Shown here piece after piece: positions 21,149-32,416 of a DNA stretch of 64,000 bases. The position numbers and the translations under genes were made by a program. Origin of the DNA: Candidatus Hydrogenedentota bacterium (GTDB lineage Bacteria > Hydrogenedentota > Hydrogenedentia > Hydrogenedentales > SLHB01); contig CAVUWV010000011.1 in NCBI GenBank assembly GCA_963745075.1, forward strand, positions 1-64,000, in the 5' to 3' direction. The first letter of the stretch is position 1. Every line of letters starts with the position of its first letter. Under the pieces are notes generated by a model, which searched no databases, was not told the origin of the DNA, and saw only the letters and a list, made by a program, of their open reading frames with translations.

Positions 21149-21675
21149 AAGCCTCAAGGGGTTCGGCGCCCTTAGGAGCGCCGTTCAGCAGCCTTGACAT
21201 AACTGTACCCACTTCGCGGCAAGAGTTGCAAGGCGCTCATCTATGCGGGAAAAACGGCGGAATTCACCGATCGATGTACAGCACGAGGGGGGGGCTTCAA
21301 TTCCCGGCCCATATGCGCCGCCCACAGTCTTATCCCGGAATGCTCACAAGCACCAAACGTCAAATATGTGACTCCAAACCGCCCTGGAGCTTCGTGTGTC
21401 GGCGTAGGTTTTGATCGCCTCCAGATACTGGGCGGGATCGGTACCCGCTGATTCAGGTGATTGCGCGATGGCGGCGGCAACGGACGCACATGCAGGGAAC
21501 AGAGAACGAATCCGCGCGTTGGGTAACATCATTGGATCTTCCTCAAAGGGATTTTCCGCGCATCCAATCTGCATTGTAGGGACCGTGGGGCGGAGTGGCA
21601 ACCGTTGAGTACTTTGCGTATTGGTAACAACGGGAACTGGTTCGATTACGATTGCGAAACGGGGAAGCGTACTTA

Positions 21676-24600
21676 TCAGGGTCCTTCGGTAACCACCTCC
21701 ACGACGGCCACGTCGCCCGGGGGAATCCGGGTCAGCAGGCCGTTAGCGGGAGCACTCCAGCGAAATTCGCCCATGCGGGATATGAAGCGTTGGGGCGCGC
21801 CGGTATCAAAGGTAATCACACACTCCCGCGTGCCGCGCGAGTCGATCAGCGCGGCCTCGGTCGGCACTTTGGACACGCCATGGTTGTTGACCAGGCCGAT
21901 GACAAATCCGTGAATCGTGCGATTGATGAGCACTTCTACGTCGGCAGTCGTGTGAACCGGGACGAACGCATCCGCCAGCGTGCGCAGAAGCGCTCCGGCG
22001 ATGGGAACGAGTTCGCTGTCGGCGTCCAGCCAGTGGTCTGTCGCGGAAACGATCACGATTCCCTTGCCGACGCCGCGCCATGCGAGGAGCGGCGCGCCCG
22101 ATTCCGTCCACGCCAGGGCGTGGGCGTCGTCGCCCGGTTTCAAAGGACGGTAGGGGAAAGGCGTGGTAATGGTCGGGATAGATTGGAGGGCCGTTTGGAT
22201 ACCGGTCGCGTGAAGCGGCCGCGACGCAACGGACATCCCGAGAAACCGGTGCGAGAAATCAACGGCGTGCGCGCTGTCCAGCACTAACACGCCGCCGTTC
22301 GTCACATAGTCTTCGAGTTCGCGGCGCTGCCGCGGGGTCGGCGTGATATCGCCCAACGGCCAAAGAACGCCGTAGTTCTTGATAGTCTCCAAGACGGCAT
22401 CGCCGGTCAACACATCAAAGACATCGCCGTACGGTCCGCTCGACAGGTATCCGCGTTCGAAATCCAAACGTCCCTGCCAGTTGTAGACGTGGCGAAACAT
22501 CTGTTCCAGAGACGCGGCGCCGCGATCGGGGGCCCAAATGCCGAAGATTCGCTCACGAGGACGCCAACCCTGATCGAAGGCGACCATAAACGCGATGGGC
22601 GTAAACGGTATGCCTCGGCGCGCGTATTGGGCCGAAAAGTCGTACCATCGCTTGAATGCCTCGCCGTGTGCCGAAAGTGCGAAGGTGTTTTGTGGGTCCT
22701 CTCGAACGAAGACGGAGCCATGAAACGCATCCGACTCATGGTGTACGAAGGTAGCTCCCGCGAGGTGCGCCGCCATCGCCAGGCGGAATTCGAGGGACGG
22801 CGAGTGCCCGCAGGTGGGGCCCGTGGCGAGATCCGGTGGCGACCATTGGAGACGCGCCTCGTCCACGCCGCGGTATCGCGTATCCAAGAACGGCCCCCCG
22901 GAACCAATTCGAGATGTATGCGCCCCACGGTTTGTTCCCGTACTGACGGGCGGCGCCGCGAAGGAATGCCACCTGCAGCGGGACCCAGGGGATGTTCTCT
23001 CCAATTTCCGCGTAACTCATGGGCGCTCCCCACGCATAGGCCTGGTGGTGGACCATGCAGTAGCCCTCCCCGGCGTAGATGCGCCCATGGGTCTCATCGA
23101 GCAGCCGTTCAAAATCCTTGTGAAATATCTCCGTTGCTTCCTTGCGGTCGTCCGGCTTTTCGGCGGTCCCTTCAAGTTGCTTCTTTCCAGACGCGATAGC
23201 CCCACTCGTGGACCGGGAATCCCAGGAAGCGGTCGCCCGCCATATCCACGATCGCGTTGTAGTCGGGATCCGAGTAACGGCCCGCGGGTTGAAAGTAGCC
23301 ATTCATCAGGAAGAACGGCGTATCCGAATTCTTCATGGCTCCCCAAGCGGGGTGCGCGGGTGAAAACATGCGCGATGGCTCCGTGGCGGGGGCGTTAATG
23401 CGTGGAACGGCGTCGCGGATAAATGGCTCATTTACCAAACCGAAGCGTTTCCAGTTCTCGGGCATGTACGTGGCTACGGTCCATGAATTCTTGCCACTGA
23501 CTTCGGGGAGTTGCCAGGCATCCGGGACGACGAACCTTTCGCCTCGTTTGGCGAGTGCCGAAATGAATTCACTGCGCGATGGAAGAAGGACGGGGATGGA
23601 GCGGCTGGTGTGAATGGCGATGGGTTGATACCGTTTCTTCGTTTCACCGGCTGGGGTTTGCAACGCAAGTGTCAGACTGAGCGGCAAGGGGCTGTCCCGA
23701 TAGTACGGGATCGTAATGCTCCCTTCCTTCGCAGGGGCAACCGTGGCGCCGACGATGCGATCTTGCTGGCGAAGCACGCGCGACCAGATTGCGCTTGCGG
23801 TAGGAGCGGTGCAACTCGATGACCGCCGCGGAGAACGGATGATCCCGGTTCAGCTCCGGCACGGTGACGCGCAGCCGCCGGGACGGGCGCCGGCTTCCGG
23901 GTTCGCTAACCTGCCGGTAAACCGGCGTAATGGGCGATACCCAGCCGCTGAGACCCACGCCGCCGCGCGGGTGTGTCCAGCCGAAACGCGCCCGGGTTGT
24001 AAAGCAATGCACGCGCGCACAATCGGTGACGGCCAGGAGTTCGAGGGGTCCGTCGCCATCCAGATCGGCGAGCACAACACCTTCAAGCACATTTCCGCGA
24101 ACGGCGAGTTCCTCCTCTACCACGCCGGACAAGGAGGCCACGACGATGCGCCAGTCGCGCGCCGCCACGACGATTTCCGGATCGCCATCACCGTTCACGT
24201 CGGCTACGAGGGGGCGCGGAACGTACGTTCCCTCCGGCAGGTTACGGTGCGCGAGCGGTTCGCCCGAAGCGCCGATCACGGCAATTTCGCCCTTGGCGCT
24301 GACGGTGACGACTTCACGTTCTCCGGATCCCTGCACGTCGATGACGGCCGGGGAGCCGAGGGCGGTCGTACCGGCGTGACAACGCCATCGCTCCTGTCCC
24401 GTGACAGCGTCCAGCGCGTACATCCAACCCGCAGAATCGCTCGCCAGGACTACCGGTATTGCCGCATCTAGTTCGACGACCAGCAGGTCGCCGAACTGAG
24501 GGGAACTTGGCGGCCGGATTCTGCGGTGTGAATCGCCACCGCGGTGAGCCGTCGCCGTCGATGCAATGGACCACACCATCCGTAGACTGCGCGAAGACCG

Positions 24601-25213
24601 CCGCCGCACCCATAAATACCGGCGCGACAACCGGGGTGGAATCGAATGGGCTTCGCGCGTCGTATTCCCACAACACGGAGAGCCGCCGGTCCAGCGCGTA
24701 GAGAATCCCGTTGCGCCGTGCGCAAACGATTTCCTGCCTGCCGGAACGATTCAAATCGGCGAAACACGGGGCGGAACCGATGCACGGATCTCCGGGAACG
24801 TCGACTACCAGGTTCAAGCCGGTGTTGAAATCGGCCAGACTGAGCGTGCCCGAAGATTCTTGAAACGTGAATAAGCGGGATCGCCCGCCAATTGGCGTGC
24901 TGGCGGCGACGGGCCCTTCCAGCCAGTTGGAACGGCGGTACCGGCTTGTCACGTCGCCGCCGGAATCTATGCACCAGATGGTTCCGTCAAATCGAGATGT
25001 GAGCAGGACTTCTTGCTCCCCGTCACCGTTCCGATCCACAACTGTGGGCAGGCTTCGCGCTCCGGGCCCGATGTCAACGTGCCACCGTTCTTCGAGGGAA
25101 ATCGCAGCCAGACAGAATAGGAGCGATCCGAAGACGAATACGCGGCAGGCGGTTCGGAGCATCGGATCGAACGTGGAAAGAGAACTTAGACGCACGGTAC
25201 GAAACATTGCCAT
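21676..25213 (-). pseudogene. Large secreted FG-GAP/PQQ-type beta-propeller protein with a C-terminal enzyme-like domain, split by 4 frameshifts (may be intact in vivo)
   Basis: Coherent reading through ORFs 24314..25213, 23644..24630, 23172..23777, 22736..23302 and 21676..23004; Ca-binding motifs DRNGDGEQEV, DVNGDGDPEI, DLDGDGPLEL; deleting one base repairs each junction. Confidence 0.8.
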
Positions 25214-25333
25214 TATTGTAGCGCCAACGACGCGTCACCGCTAGCGCGCCAAGGGGGGTTGCTTTTTGAAACGGCATGGCGTACAAGGTGGGGTTTGGCG
25301 GATTAGCGGTTTCTCCGCCGGTTTGGAGGTCTC

Positions 25334-26344
25334 ATGATTGGCACACGAGTATTGAGTTTTTCCCGTACAATCACGCTGGCGTTTCTGCTTGGTGTCCTTG
25401 CGGGGTGCACCCCTGGCGGTAAGCCAACACCGGCGACGCCGCCTCCGGAAACTCCGCCCGGGTTCGAGTCCGCGGACGCCGCAATGCAAGCCGTGATGGC
25501 TGGCAAGGTGCCGCTGGTGCAGCCGCCGACACAAATCCCGCCCGACGTGGTGGAGACCAAGGATATCGAATACGGCCGGGTCGGGGACCGTTCGCTTTTG
25601 CTGGACCTATACATGCCGGCTGACCATTCAAAGCCGGTGCCCGTGCTCGTTTTCATCCACGGGGGCGGCTGGCGTAAAGGCGACCGATCGGACTACAAGT
25701 ACTACACCGTCAAGTACGCCCAACAGGGCTACGCCGCAGCAACAATTTCATACCGGCTTCTCGGGGAGGCGAAGTATCCCGCCGCAATCGAAGATGCCAA
25801 GTGCGCGGTGCGTTGGGTACGCGCCAACGCTAAAGAGTACGGCTTTGACGCGGATCATATCGCGGCTATCGGCGGCAGCGCGGGTGGGCATATCGCCATG
25901 ATGGTCGGCTACACGGCGGGTGACGCTTCGTTGGAAGGAAACGGCGGCCACCCCGACGAGAGCAGCGCTGTCCAGGCCGTGGTGAACTTCTACGGCCCGT
26001 CCGATTTGACAACAGAGACGGCGCGGACATCTTCCGAAGTAGAGGATTTTCTTGGGGTGACCTATGATGAAAACCCCGAGTTGTACAAGCAGGCGTCGCC
26101 TATAATGCACGTCGATTCCAGTTGTCCCCCGACGCTGATATTCCACGGGAGCATCGATCAACTCGTGCCTGTGGTACAATCGGAAAAGTTGGCCGCTAAG
26201 CTGCAAGCGGCCGGCGTTCCATGCGAATTGCATGTGCTCGAAGGGTGGCCGCACACTATGGACGCCGCGGTCGCGGTGAACAACTACTGCAGGTATTTCC
26301 TGGATGCGTTTTTGGACAAGTACGTACCACGCCCGACGAAATAG
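25334..26344 (+). CDS. Alpha/beta hydrolase (HSL-like / BD-FAE esterase), lipoprotein
   Basis: Lipobox LAGC; HGGGW; GGSAGG nucleophile motif; HGSIDQLVP (Asp); GWPH (His). Confidence 0.92.
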   Translation: MIGTRVLSFSRTITLAFLLGVLAGCTPGGKPTPATPPPETPPGFESADAAMQAVMAGKVPLVQPPTQIPPDVVETKDIEYGRVGDRSLLLDLYMPADHSKPVPVLVFIHGGGWRKGDRSDYKYYTVKYAQQGYAAATISYRLLGEAKYPAAIEDAKCAVRWVRANAKEYGFDADHIAAIGGSAGGHIAMMVGYTAGDASLEGNGGHPDESSAVQAVVNFYGPSDLTTETARTSSEVEDFLGVTYDENPELYKQASPIMHVDSSCPPTLIFHGSIDQLVPVVQSEKLAAKLQAAGVPCELHVLEGWPHTMDAAVAVNNYCRYFLDAFLDKYVPRPTK

Positions 26345-27371
26345 CCGATTCTGCCACGTCCTCGCGCTGAGCCTGATTGTGTTGGTGACCGGCTGCGCGA
26401 TCTTCCGGAGGCACGAGGCCGCCGCGGTGGCACCCGCCGTCGATGGCGAGCGTTTCGCGAACGCGATTGCCTATGCGCCCGACGCGCCGCCGTTGCCCGA
26501 AGGCCCGCTGGATCTCGACGCGATCGAAAAAGACGGCTTGCTCGCACCAATGCGCGCGAAGAAGGAGATTCCGGACAGCGTCGAGGTGAAGTACGGCGTT
26601 CAGTACGGCCGTGGTGGCGCGTACGACCTGCTCCTCGACCTATACCATCCGAAGGCGCATGTGGAAAACGCCCCCGCCCTAGTGTTCATCCACGGCGGCG
26701 GATGGGCGCGGCACGGCCGCGATTACTTTGCCTACTGGGCCTCCCATTACGCCGAAAAAGGCTACGTGTGCGTCTCCATCGACTACCGCATTTCGAGCGA
26801 AGCACCCTTCCCCGCGGCGGTGGAAGACGCGAAATGTGCGGTACGGTGGGTCCGTGCCAACGCCAAGGAACTGGGGGTCGATGTATCGCGGATCGCCGCG
26901 ATCGGCCAGTCCGCAGGCGGTCACTTGGCGCTCATGGTCGCTTACTCGTCGGACGTGGAGGACTTGGAAGGGATGGATGGCAGTCCCGGATACAGCAGCC
27001 GGGTGAAGGCGGTCGTCGATTTTTATGGCCCGGCGGACCTGACGGCCCCGATTCTTTCGCGCGAAAAGGCGGTGAAACGGTTCATGGGGGGTAAATCGCA
27101 GAAAGAAGCACCCCAAGCCTATGCGGCAGCCTCCCCCATACGGTACCTGACGCCAGACGATCCGCCGACCTTGATTTTTCAAGGAACAGCCGATGACTTG
27201 GTCCCGGTGGCGCAGTCGGACGAGTTGGCGGCAGAACTGAGCGCGCTGGGCATCAAGTACGTCTATGACCGGGAACCCGGTTGGAACCATGCCATGGATA
27301 TCTTCGCACCCATAAACGTGCGTTGTCTGTACATCATGGACCGGTTCCTGAAGGAACAACTTGGGCTTTAG
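26304..27371 (+). CDS. Alpha/beta hydrolase (HSL-like esterase), tandem paralog
   Basis: Lipobox VTGC; HGGGW; GQSAGG; QGTADDLVP; GWNH. Confidence 0.9.
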   Translation: MRFWTSTYHARRNSRFCHVLALSLIVLVTGCAIFRRHEAAAVAPAVDGERFANAIAYAPDAPPLPEGPLDLDAIEKDGLLAPMRAKKEIPDSVEVKYGVQYGRGGAYDLLLDLYHPKAHVENAPALVFIHGGGWARHGRDYFAYWASHYAEKGYVCVSIDYRISSEAPFPAAVEDAKCAVRWVRANAKELGVDVSRIAAIGQSAGGHLALMVAYSSDVEDLEGMDGSPGYSSRVKAVVDFYGPADLTAPILSREKAVKRFMGGKSQKEAPQAYAAASPIRYLTPDDPPTLIFQGTADDLVPVAQSDELAAELSALGIKYVYDREPGWNHAMDIFAPINVRCLYIMDRFLKEQLGL

Positions 27372-27400
27372 CATGCATATCTCACCATCGCTGGCGAGCG

Positions 27401-29290
27401 TCACATGGAAAGGGTGATGCCCGGTTGCTTTTCGGCGTAGCGCAGCCATTCTTCGAACATGAGAACGGCCCAGAGGTGATGCCCGAAATTGTCCGTCTCC
27501 TGGATATGGCGATCGAAGAGCGAGCGGATGGCCCGGCGATTCAGGAGGAGGGGATTGCGTGCATCGTGCCCAAGGACAGTATCCAGGAAATGGCCGCGGA
27601 GATCCTCCCGCATCCACCGGTGGATGGGAATGGCAAAGCCCTGTTTACGCTGTCTGATCAGGTCGGGCGGCATGATAGGTCCGATGGCCTTCTTGACGAT
27701 GTACTTTGAAATGCTGCCGCGCATCTTCATTCGAAACGGCACCGACGCGGCGAAATCGATGACGCGATTATCGAGAATGGGTACGCGCGCTTCCAGGGAG
27801 TGGGCCATGGTCATGCGATCGACCTTGGCGAGAATGTCGTCAGGCAAATACATGTTGAAGTCCTGGTGGAGCATGCGGTTTTCCGCACTCATGGATGCCG
27901 CATCTTCGACGTGTTCCTGAAAACGGTCGACCACGTCTTTTGCGACGTGAGTAGCCAGTTCGGGCCCATAAAGCGCGGTCCGTTCGTTCGCGTCGAAGCA
28001 GGTTTCGCGGCGACGAAATACGGCGTCGGGTTCGAGAAAGGAGTCCCGGCTGAACCGGCGCAGTTTCCCCAGAAACGGGGTCGTCGGGGCGAGGCGGAGG
28101 ACGGTGTCGACACCGTAGCGCAAAACGGCGGGAATCCGGCGGTAGGCGTTTACGTGCCGGGTCATGCGGAGCCAGGTATACCCTGCGAACAGTTCGTCGC
28201 CGCCGTCGCCGGAGAGCACCACCGTGACTTCGCGCCGCGCCAACTGCGCCACGAGCCACATGGGCAGGGCCGAGGAATCGGCAAAAGGTTCACCGAAGAA
28301 GCGGATCAAATACGGGACCGTTTCTACCATGTCGGGTTTCAGGATCTCTTCCGTGTGTTCGGTCTCGAAATGTTCGGCGGCGACCCGCGCGTATTTCAGT
28401 TCGTCCATGTGCGCGTCGTCGAACCCGATGGAATAGGTCTTGACCGGGGCGGCGCTGTTGACGTGCATCATGGCAACGACGGAACTCGAATCCAGGCCGC
28501 CGCTGAGGAAGGCGCCGATGGGCACGTCGCTGACACATTGCATCCGGACGGCATCGCACAGCAGTTCCACGAATTCTTCCGCCGCTTCCGGGACGGTTAG
28601 TTTGGTGTCGGATTTCAATTCCAAGGACCAGTAGCGTTCGACTGAGAGCCGGCCGTCCTGAAAGACGAGCTTGTGCGCGGGCGGGAGCTTGAAGACGTCG
28701 CGGAAGATGGTGTCCGGCGCGGGGACATACAGGAAAGAGAAGTACGCATTGATGGCGGATGAGTTCAGCGCGCCACGGATCATGCCGGACTGCATGAGGG
28801 AATCGAGCTCCGACGAGAAGGCCAGCGCACCGTTACGTACTGTGTAGAAAAGCGGTTTGATGCCGACGCGGTCGCGCGCGAGGAGCAGACGATTTTGGCG
28901 CGCATCGTACAGGGCAAAGGCGAACATGCCGTTAAGATGGTGGAGGGCGTCGTCGCCGTATTCTTCGTAGGCGCGCAGCACGACTTCGGTGTCGCTGAGG
29001 GTGCGGAACACGTGGCCGCGGGACTCCAACGACTCGCGCAATTCCTGGAAGTTGTAGATCTCGCCGTTGTAGACGAGCACGATGGTGGCATCTTCGTTGG
29101 TAATCGGCTGCCCGCCGCGAAAGAGATCGATCACACTCAACCGCCGCATGGCCAGTGCGGTGTGACCGCCGTGCCAGAGCCCGGAATCGTCCGGTCCCCG
29201 GTGTTCGAGGGCGCAGTTCATCCGTTCGACGAGCGCAGTATCGGCCCGCTGTTCGCGGTCAGCATGTATGATTCCGCAGATGCCGCACAT
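27401..29290 (-). CDS. asnB: Asparagine synthase (glutamine-hydrolysing) family amidotransferase
   Basis: MCGICG, HRGPD, RRLSVID, NGEIYN, LSGGLDSS, SGDGGDELFAGY, KVDRMTMAHSLEARVP, RKQGF. Confidence 0.95.
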   Translation of the reverse strand: MCGICGIIHADREQRADTALVERMNCALEHRGPDDSGLWHGGHTALAMRRLSVIDLFRGGQPITNEDATIVLVYNGEIYNFQELRESLESRGHVFRTLSDTEVVLRAYEEYGDDALHHLNGMFAFALYDARQNRLLLARDRVGIKPLFYTVRNGALAFSSELDSLMQSGMIRGALNSSAINAYFSFLYVPAPDTIFRDVFKLPPAHKLVFQDGRLSVERYWSLELKSDTKLTVPEAAEEFVELLCDAVRMQCVSDVPIGAFLSGGLDSSSVVAMMHVNSAAPVKTYSIGFDDAHMDELKYARVAAEHFETEHTEEILKPDMVETVPYLIRFFGEPFADSSALPMWLVAQLARREVTVVLSGDGGDELFAGYTWLRMTRHVNAYRRIPAVLRYGVDTVLRLAPTTPFLGKLRRFSRDSFLEPDAVFRRRETCFDANERTALYGPELATHVAKDVVDRFQEHVEDAASMSAENRMLHQDFNMYLPDDILAKVDRMTMAHSLEARVPILDNRVIDFAASVPFRMKMRGSISKYIVKKAIGPIMPPDLIRQRKQGFAIPIHRWMREDLRGHFLDTVLGHDARNPLLLNRRAIRSLFDRHIQETDNFGHHLWAVLMFEEWLRYAEKQPGITLSM

Positions 29291-29293
29291 GGC

Positions 29294-30436
29294 TCAGGCG
29301 CCCCGCCGCATGGATCGAACCAGCATTTCCCGGTATAGGAATCGATACGCGGAGATCATCCGCTCCAGGCTCAACGCATTGCACACCTGTTCGCAGGCCC
29401 GGTCCGCCATCGCGGCGCTTTCGTGGGGATGGTCCAGAACCCACTCGATGGCGTCCGCGAAGTGTGCCCCATTCCGGGTCTCCACCAGTTTGCCGGTGAC
29501 GTCATTTTCCACGACCTCGGGAATGCCGCCGACGGCCGCTGCGACGACGGGCCGCATCGCCGCCATGGATTCGATAACGGCGTTGGGAAACCCTTCCACT
29601 TCGGAGCACAGCACGGAGACGCTCATCACTTTGTACAAATCCGGGACTTCTTCGATCGCCGCAACGCGCGTGAACAAGTCGGACCATCCGCGTTTCCGGA
29701 TCCGCTCCTCGATATTTTCGCGCAACGGGCCGCCGCCTACAAGCAGGAAATGAACATCCGCTCTCCGGCGGATCAGTTCTTCCGCGATTGCCAGGAAAAG
29801 GGCGTGGTCCTTGACGGGGCTGAAATTTGCGACCATCCCGACGACGTGGGTATGAAACGGAATCTTGAACCGCAGGCGCACCTGATGCAGATCGGCGGCG
29901 CTTTGAAAGGCCGCGACGTCGATTCCGTTGGGAATTACGCGGAACAGGTCGGGGTCCGCACCTTCCTGCTGTTGTGCAAACCGGGCGACCGCCTGGCTGT
30001 TTGCCACGATACAGTCCACCAGTTGATTGGCTTTCTTTTGGACGCGGACGTGGCGGGGTTTCTTCCAGGTGGCGAGTTGACGCCGGCTGGAAACGACGAC
30101 CGGCACGCCGGTTTCGCGTGCCGCGCGATTGGCGGCGAGGTCGAAGCCGAACATGAAGGTGTGGACGACATCCGGCCGGTGGGCCCGGAAGATGTGGCGA
30201 ATGCGGCGCTGCATGGTGAAGTCCCAGCCGCCACCCCCGTTCAGCTCGCGCACGTACACGCCCAGCCGGCGCGCATCTCCGACCAAGGCTCCGGCTTGAC
30301 GGGTACAAATTGCGGTCAACTCATGGTCGCGAATGAGCCCTTTCATCAGTGCAATCAACTGGCGCTCGGTCCCGCCCACCTGGAGCGACGGAATCACGAA
30401 GCAGACGCGCGTCAACATGCCACCGGGCCGGGTCAT
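29294..30436 (-). CDS. Glycosyltransferase family 4
   Basis: GGTERQL, IPNGID, EGFPNAVIESMA, VGGIPE. Confidence 0.92.
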   Translation of the reverse strand: MTRPGGMLTRVCFVIPSLQVGGTERQLIALMKGLIRDHELTAICTRQAGALVGDARRLGVYVRELNGGGGWDFTMQRRIRHIFRAHRPDVVHTFMFGFDLAANRAARETGVPVVVSSRRQLATWKKPRHVRVQKKANQLVDCIVANSQAVARFAQQQEGADPDLFRVIPNGIDVAAFQSAADLHQVRLRFKIPFHTHVVGMVANFSPVKDHALFLAIAEELIRRRADVHFLLVGGGPLRENIEERIRKRGWSDLFTRVAAIEEVPDLYKVMSVSVLCSEVEGFPNAVIESMAAMRPVVAAAVGGIPEVVENDVTGKLVETRNGAHFADAIEWVLDHPHESAAMADRACEQVCNALSLERMISAYRFLYREMLVRSMRRGA

Positions 30437-31500
30437 GCGACCGCCTCCAATATCTCCCGCATTCGCGGCGCCCATACGCGTAGGGAGTACGCATCGTCAA
30501 CCGTCGCGCGGCCGGCATTGCCCAGCCGCCGGCGGAGTTCCGGATCGCGCAAACGCTCGATGGTGTCGCGCCATTGTTGAGGCGAATCCGCGAACAGCCC
30601 GTTTTCGCCGTCGCGGATTATGTCGCAAATCGCCCCGTAGGGCGTGGCAACACACGGCACGCCACACGCCATGTATTGCAGGGCCTTGAGCGCGCATTTG
30701 CCACGGCTCCATTCATCCTTGGGCAGCGGCATGATGCCAACGGAGAACTGTTGAATCTCGGCGACTTCCGTGTCGAGGGACCAGGGCCGCACGTCCGCGC
30801 TGCGCCACGGCGTCAGGTTCGGATCGGCGCCGACCAGCCGGATGGAAAGATCGGCGTGGTCTGTTGCCGCGATAGAAGCCGCTGCGTTGAGGTGGGGCGT
30901 GGTGCTCGAGTTGCCGATCCAACCGACGCGAAATTCGGGCGGAGGCGATTTTGCCGGTACGAAGCGGTCCGTATCGACCACGGTCGGAAACGTGGTTGCA
31001 TTGCCGCCGCAGGATTCGACCGCGCTGCGTAACCAGTCGTTTCCGGCCAGAACGTTGTCACTCGTGCGCATCAAGGTACGGTTTTGCTCCCGATCTTCGA
31101 ACCGCTTCCAGACGCCTCGGAGCGCGTGAGGCGGCGCCAGGTGTACCGCATCATCCACATCGTATACCAAACGGCGCGCGCGGGAACGCAACAACCGGTC
31201 CATTCCCCGCAGCGACGCGGTCATGACGGCCTTCTGCAGAAAGACCACGTCGTACCGCCAGGCGCCAAGGACCTGCGTCACACGGCGCGGCGTTTCCTTC
31301 GCGTGATACCAGAACGCGCGGCCAACGCGGTCCGGTCCGGTCAGGCGCGCAAAATCCTGATCTCCAATCGCGGATTCGACCGTACACTGCATGCCGGCAG
31401 CGCGCAATTGCGGCAGAAACTGCGCCACCCGGTAGCGCGAACTGGCGGCGCGGTCCGGGTACAAGGTCAGGAACAACACCCGCAACGCTCTAGCGCCCAC
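30433..31500 (-). CDS. Glycosyltransferase family 4
   Basis: SSRYRV, YDVDDA, VGWIG, SRGKCALKALQYMACGVP. Confidence 0.9.
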   Translation of the reverse strand: MGARALRVLFLTLYPDRAASSRYRVAQFLPQLRAAGMQCTVESAIGDQDFARLTGPDRVGRAFWYHAKETPRRVTQVLGAWRYDVVFLQKAVMTASLRGMDRLLRSRARRLVYDVDDAVHLAPPHALRGVWKRFEDREQNRTLMRTSDNVLAGNDWLRSAVESCGGNATTFPTVVDTDRFVPAKSPPPEFRVGWIGNSSTTPHLNAAASIAATDHADLSIRLVGADPNLTPWRSADVRPWSLDTEVAEIQQFSVGIMPLPKDEWSRGKCALKALQYMACGVPCVATPYGAICDIIRDGENGLFADSPQQWRDTIERLRDPELRRRLGNAGRATVDDAYSLRVWAPRMREILEAVA

Positions 31501-32416
31501 GCGAGGCCACCTCTCGAACGAATCCCAGCACGGTATCCGCAGCCAATGGTTCCATACATGATGGAATCTTCAAGGGGCATACACCCGGCTTGGTCATTTG
31601 CTTTGAAATGTTCCAGCAGCCCTGACAGGGCCGCCCGTTCGTCAGCACGGTACACGGCAACCCCTTTCGGATCAGTATAGAGGCGACCGTCGGACCGAAC
31701 AAGGCGACCACGGGCGTGCCCACGGCGAGGGCAAGATGCATGAGCCCGGAGTCACAACACACGAGTAGGTCAGCGGCACGCAACACGCAGGCGGTTTCGC
31801 GGATAGTGGTGCGGTTCAGTAGTGACAGGCCCATACCGATGGGTTCGTCGTCTTTCCCGAGTTGGACGACGCCGTTTCCGGTACGCTCGAGATAACGGCA
31901 CAGTTCACGCCACTGCGCGATCGGCCAGCGCTTGGTCGGCCAGGTAGCTCCGGTGCACACCGCCGTGAAACTGCCCAGGTTGCCGCGGGCTTCGTTCACG
32001 ACCGGCGCGTCCCAATCGTCGCAGTACAACCGGGGATCGGAAGCGGGTGTGGGTATTCCCGCGCAGGCCGCGTAGTGGTCGAGGCGAAACACGTCCCGGG
32101 GCGCGCCACGCAACAGAATGTAACGGTCGCAGGCGATCGCGCGCGGGTCCTCATCACCCGGGTGCACGGCATTGACGTACGGGTTGTCGATCAACAGGTC
32201 GGGATGGTTGCACCATGCCGTCACGTGAGCGGAAGGGTACGCCTGTTTCAGCCCTTGGTAAATCGGGATCGCCATGACCTCGTCACCCAGACGCCAGCGC
32301 GTTTCGACCAGGATGTTCGGTCTGCGTTTGCACGACCATGCGATGCTTCGCACCGTACGACGCAGACGGCGCGTAACGGGATTGAACCGGTCTTCATAGG
32401 TATCGTCCGTCGTCAT
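31490..32416 (-). CDS. Glycosyltransferase family 9 (heptosyltransferase-like)
   Basis: RLGDEVMAIP, GATWPTKRWP, DSGLMHLALAVGTPVVALFGPT, C-terminal CxxC...C...C. Confidence 0.9.
   Translation of the reverse strand: MTTDDTYEDRFNPVTRRLRRTVRSIAWSCKRRPNILVETRWRLGDEVMAIPIYQGLKQAYPSAHVTAWCNHPDLLIDNPYVNAVHPGDEDPRAIACDRYILLRGAPRDVFRLDHYAACAGIPTPASDPRLYCDDWDAPVVNEARGNLGSFTAVCTGATWPTKRWPIAQWRELCRYLERTGNGVVQLGKDDEPIGMGLSLLNRTTIRETACVLRAADLLVCCDSGLMHLALAVGTPVVALFGPTVASILIRKGLPCTVLTNGRPCQGCWNISKQMTKPGVCPLKIPSCMEPLAADTVLGFVREVASRGR

Noticed and set aside
27401..29290. asnB as a lasso-peptide cyclase (RiPP cluster)
   Set aside because: It has a full N-terminal Cys glutaminase domain and sits among glycosyltransferases; no precursor peptide, RRE or B2 protease nearby.
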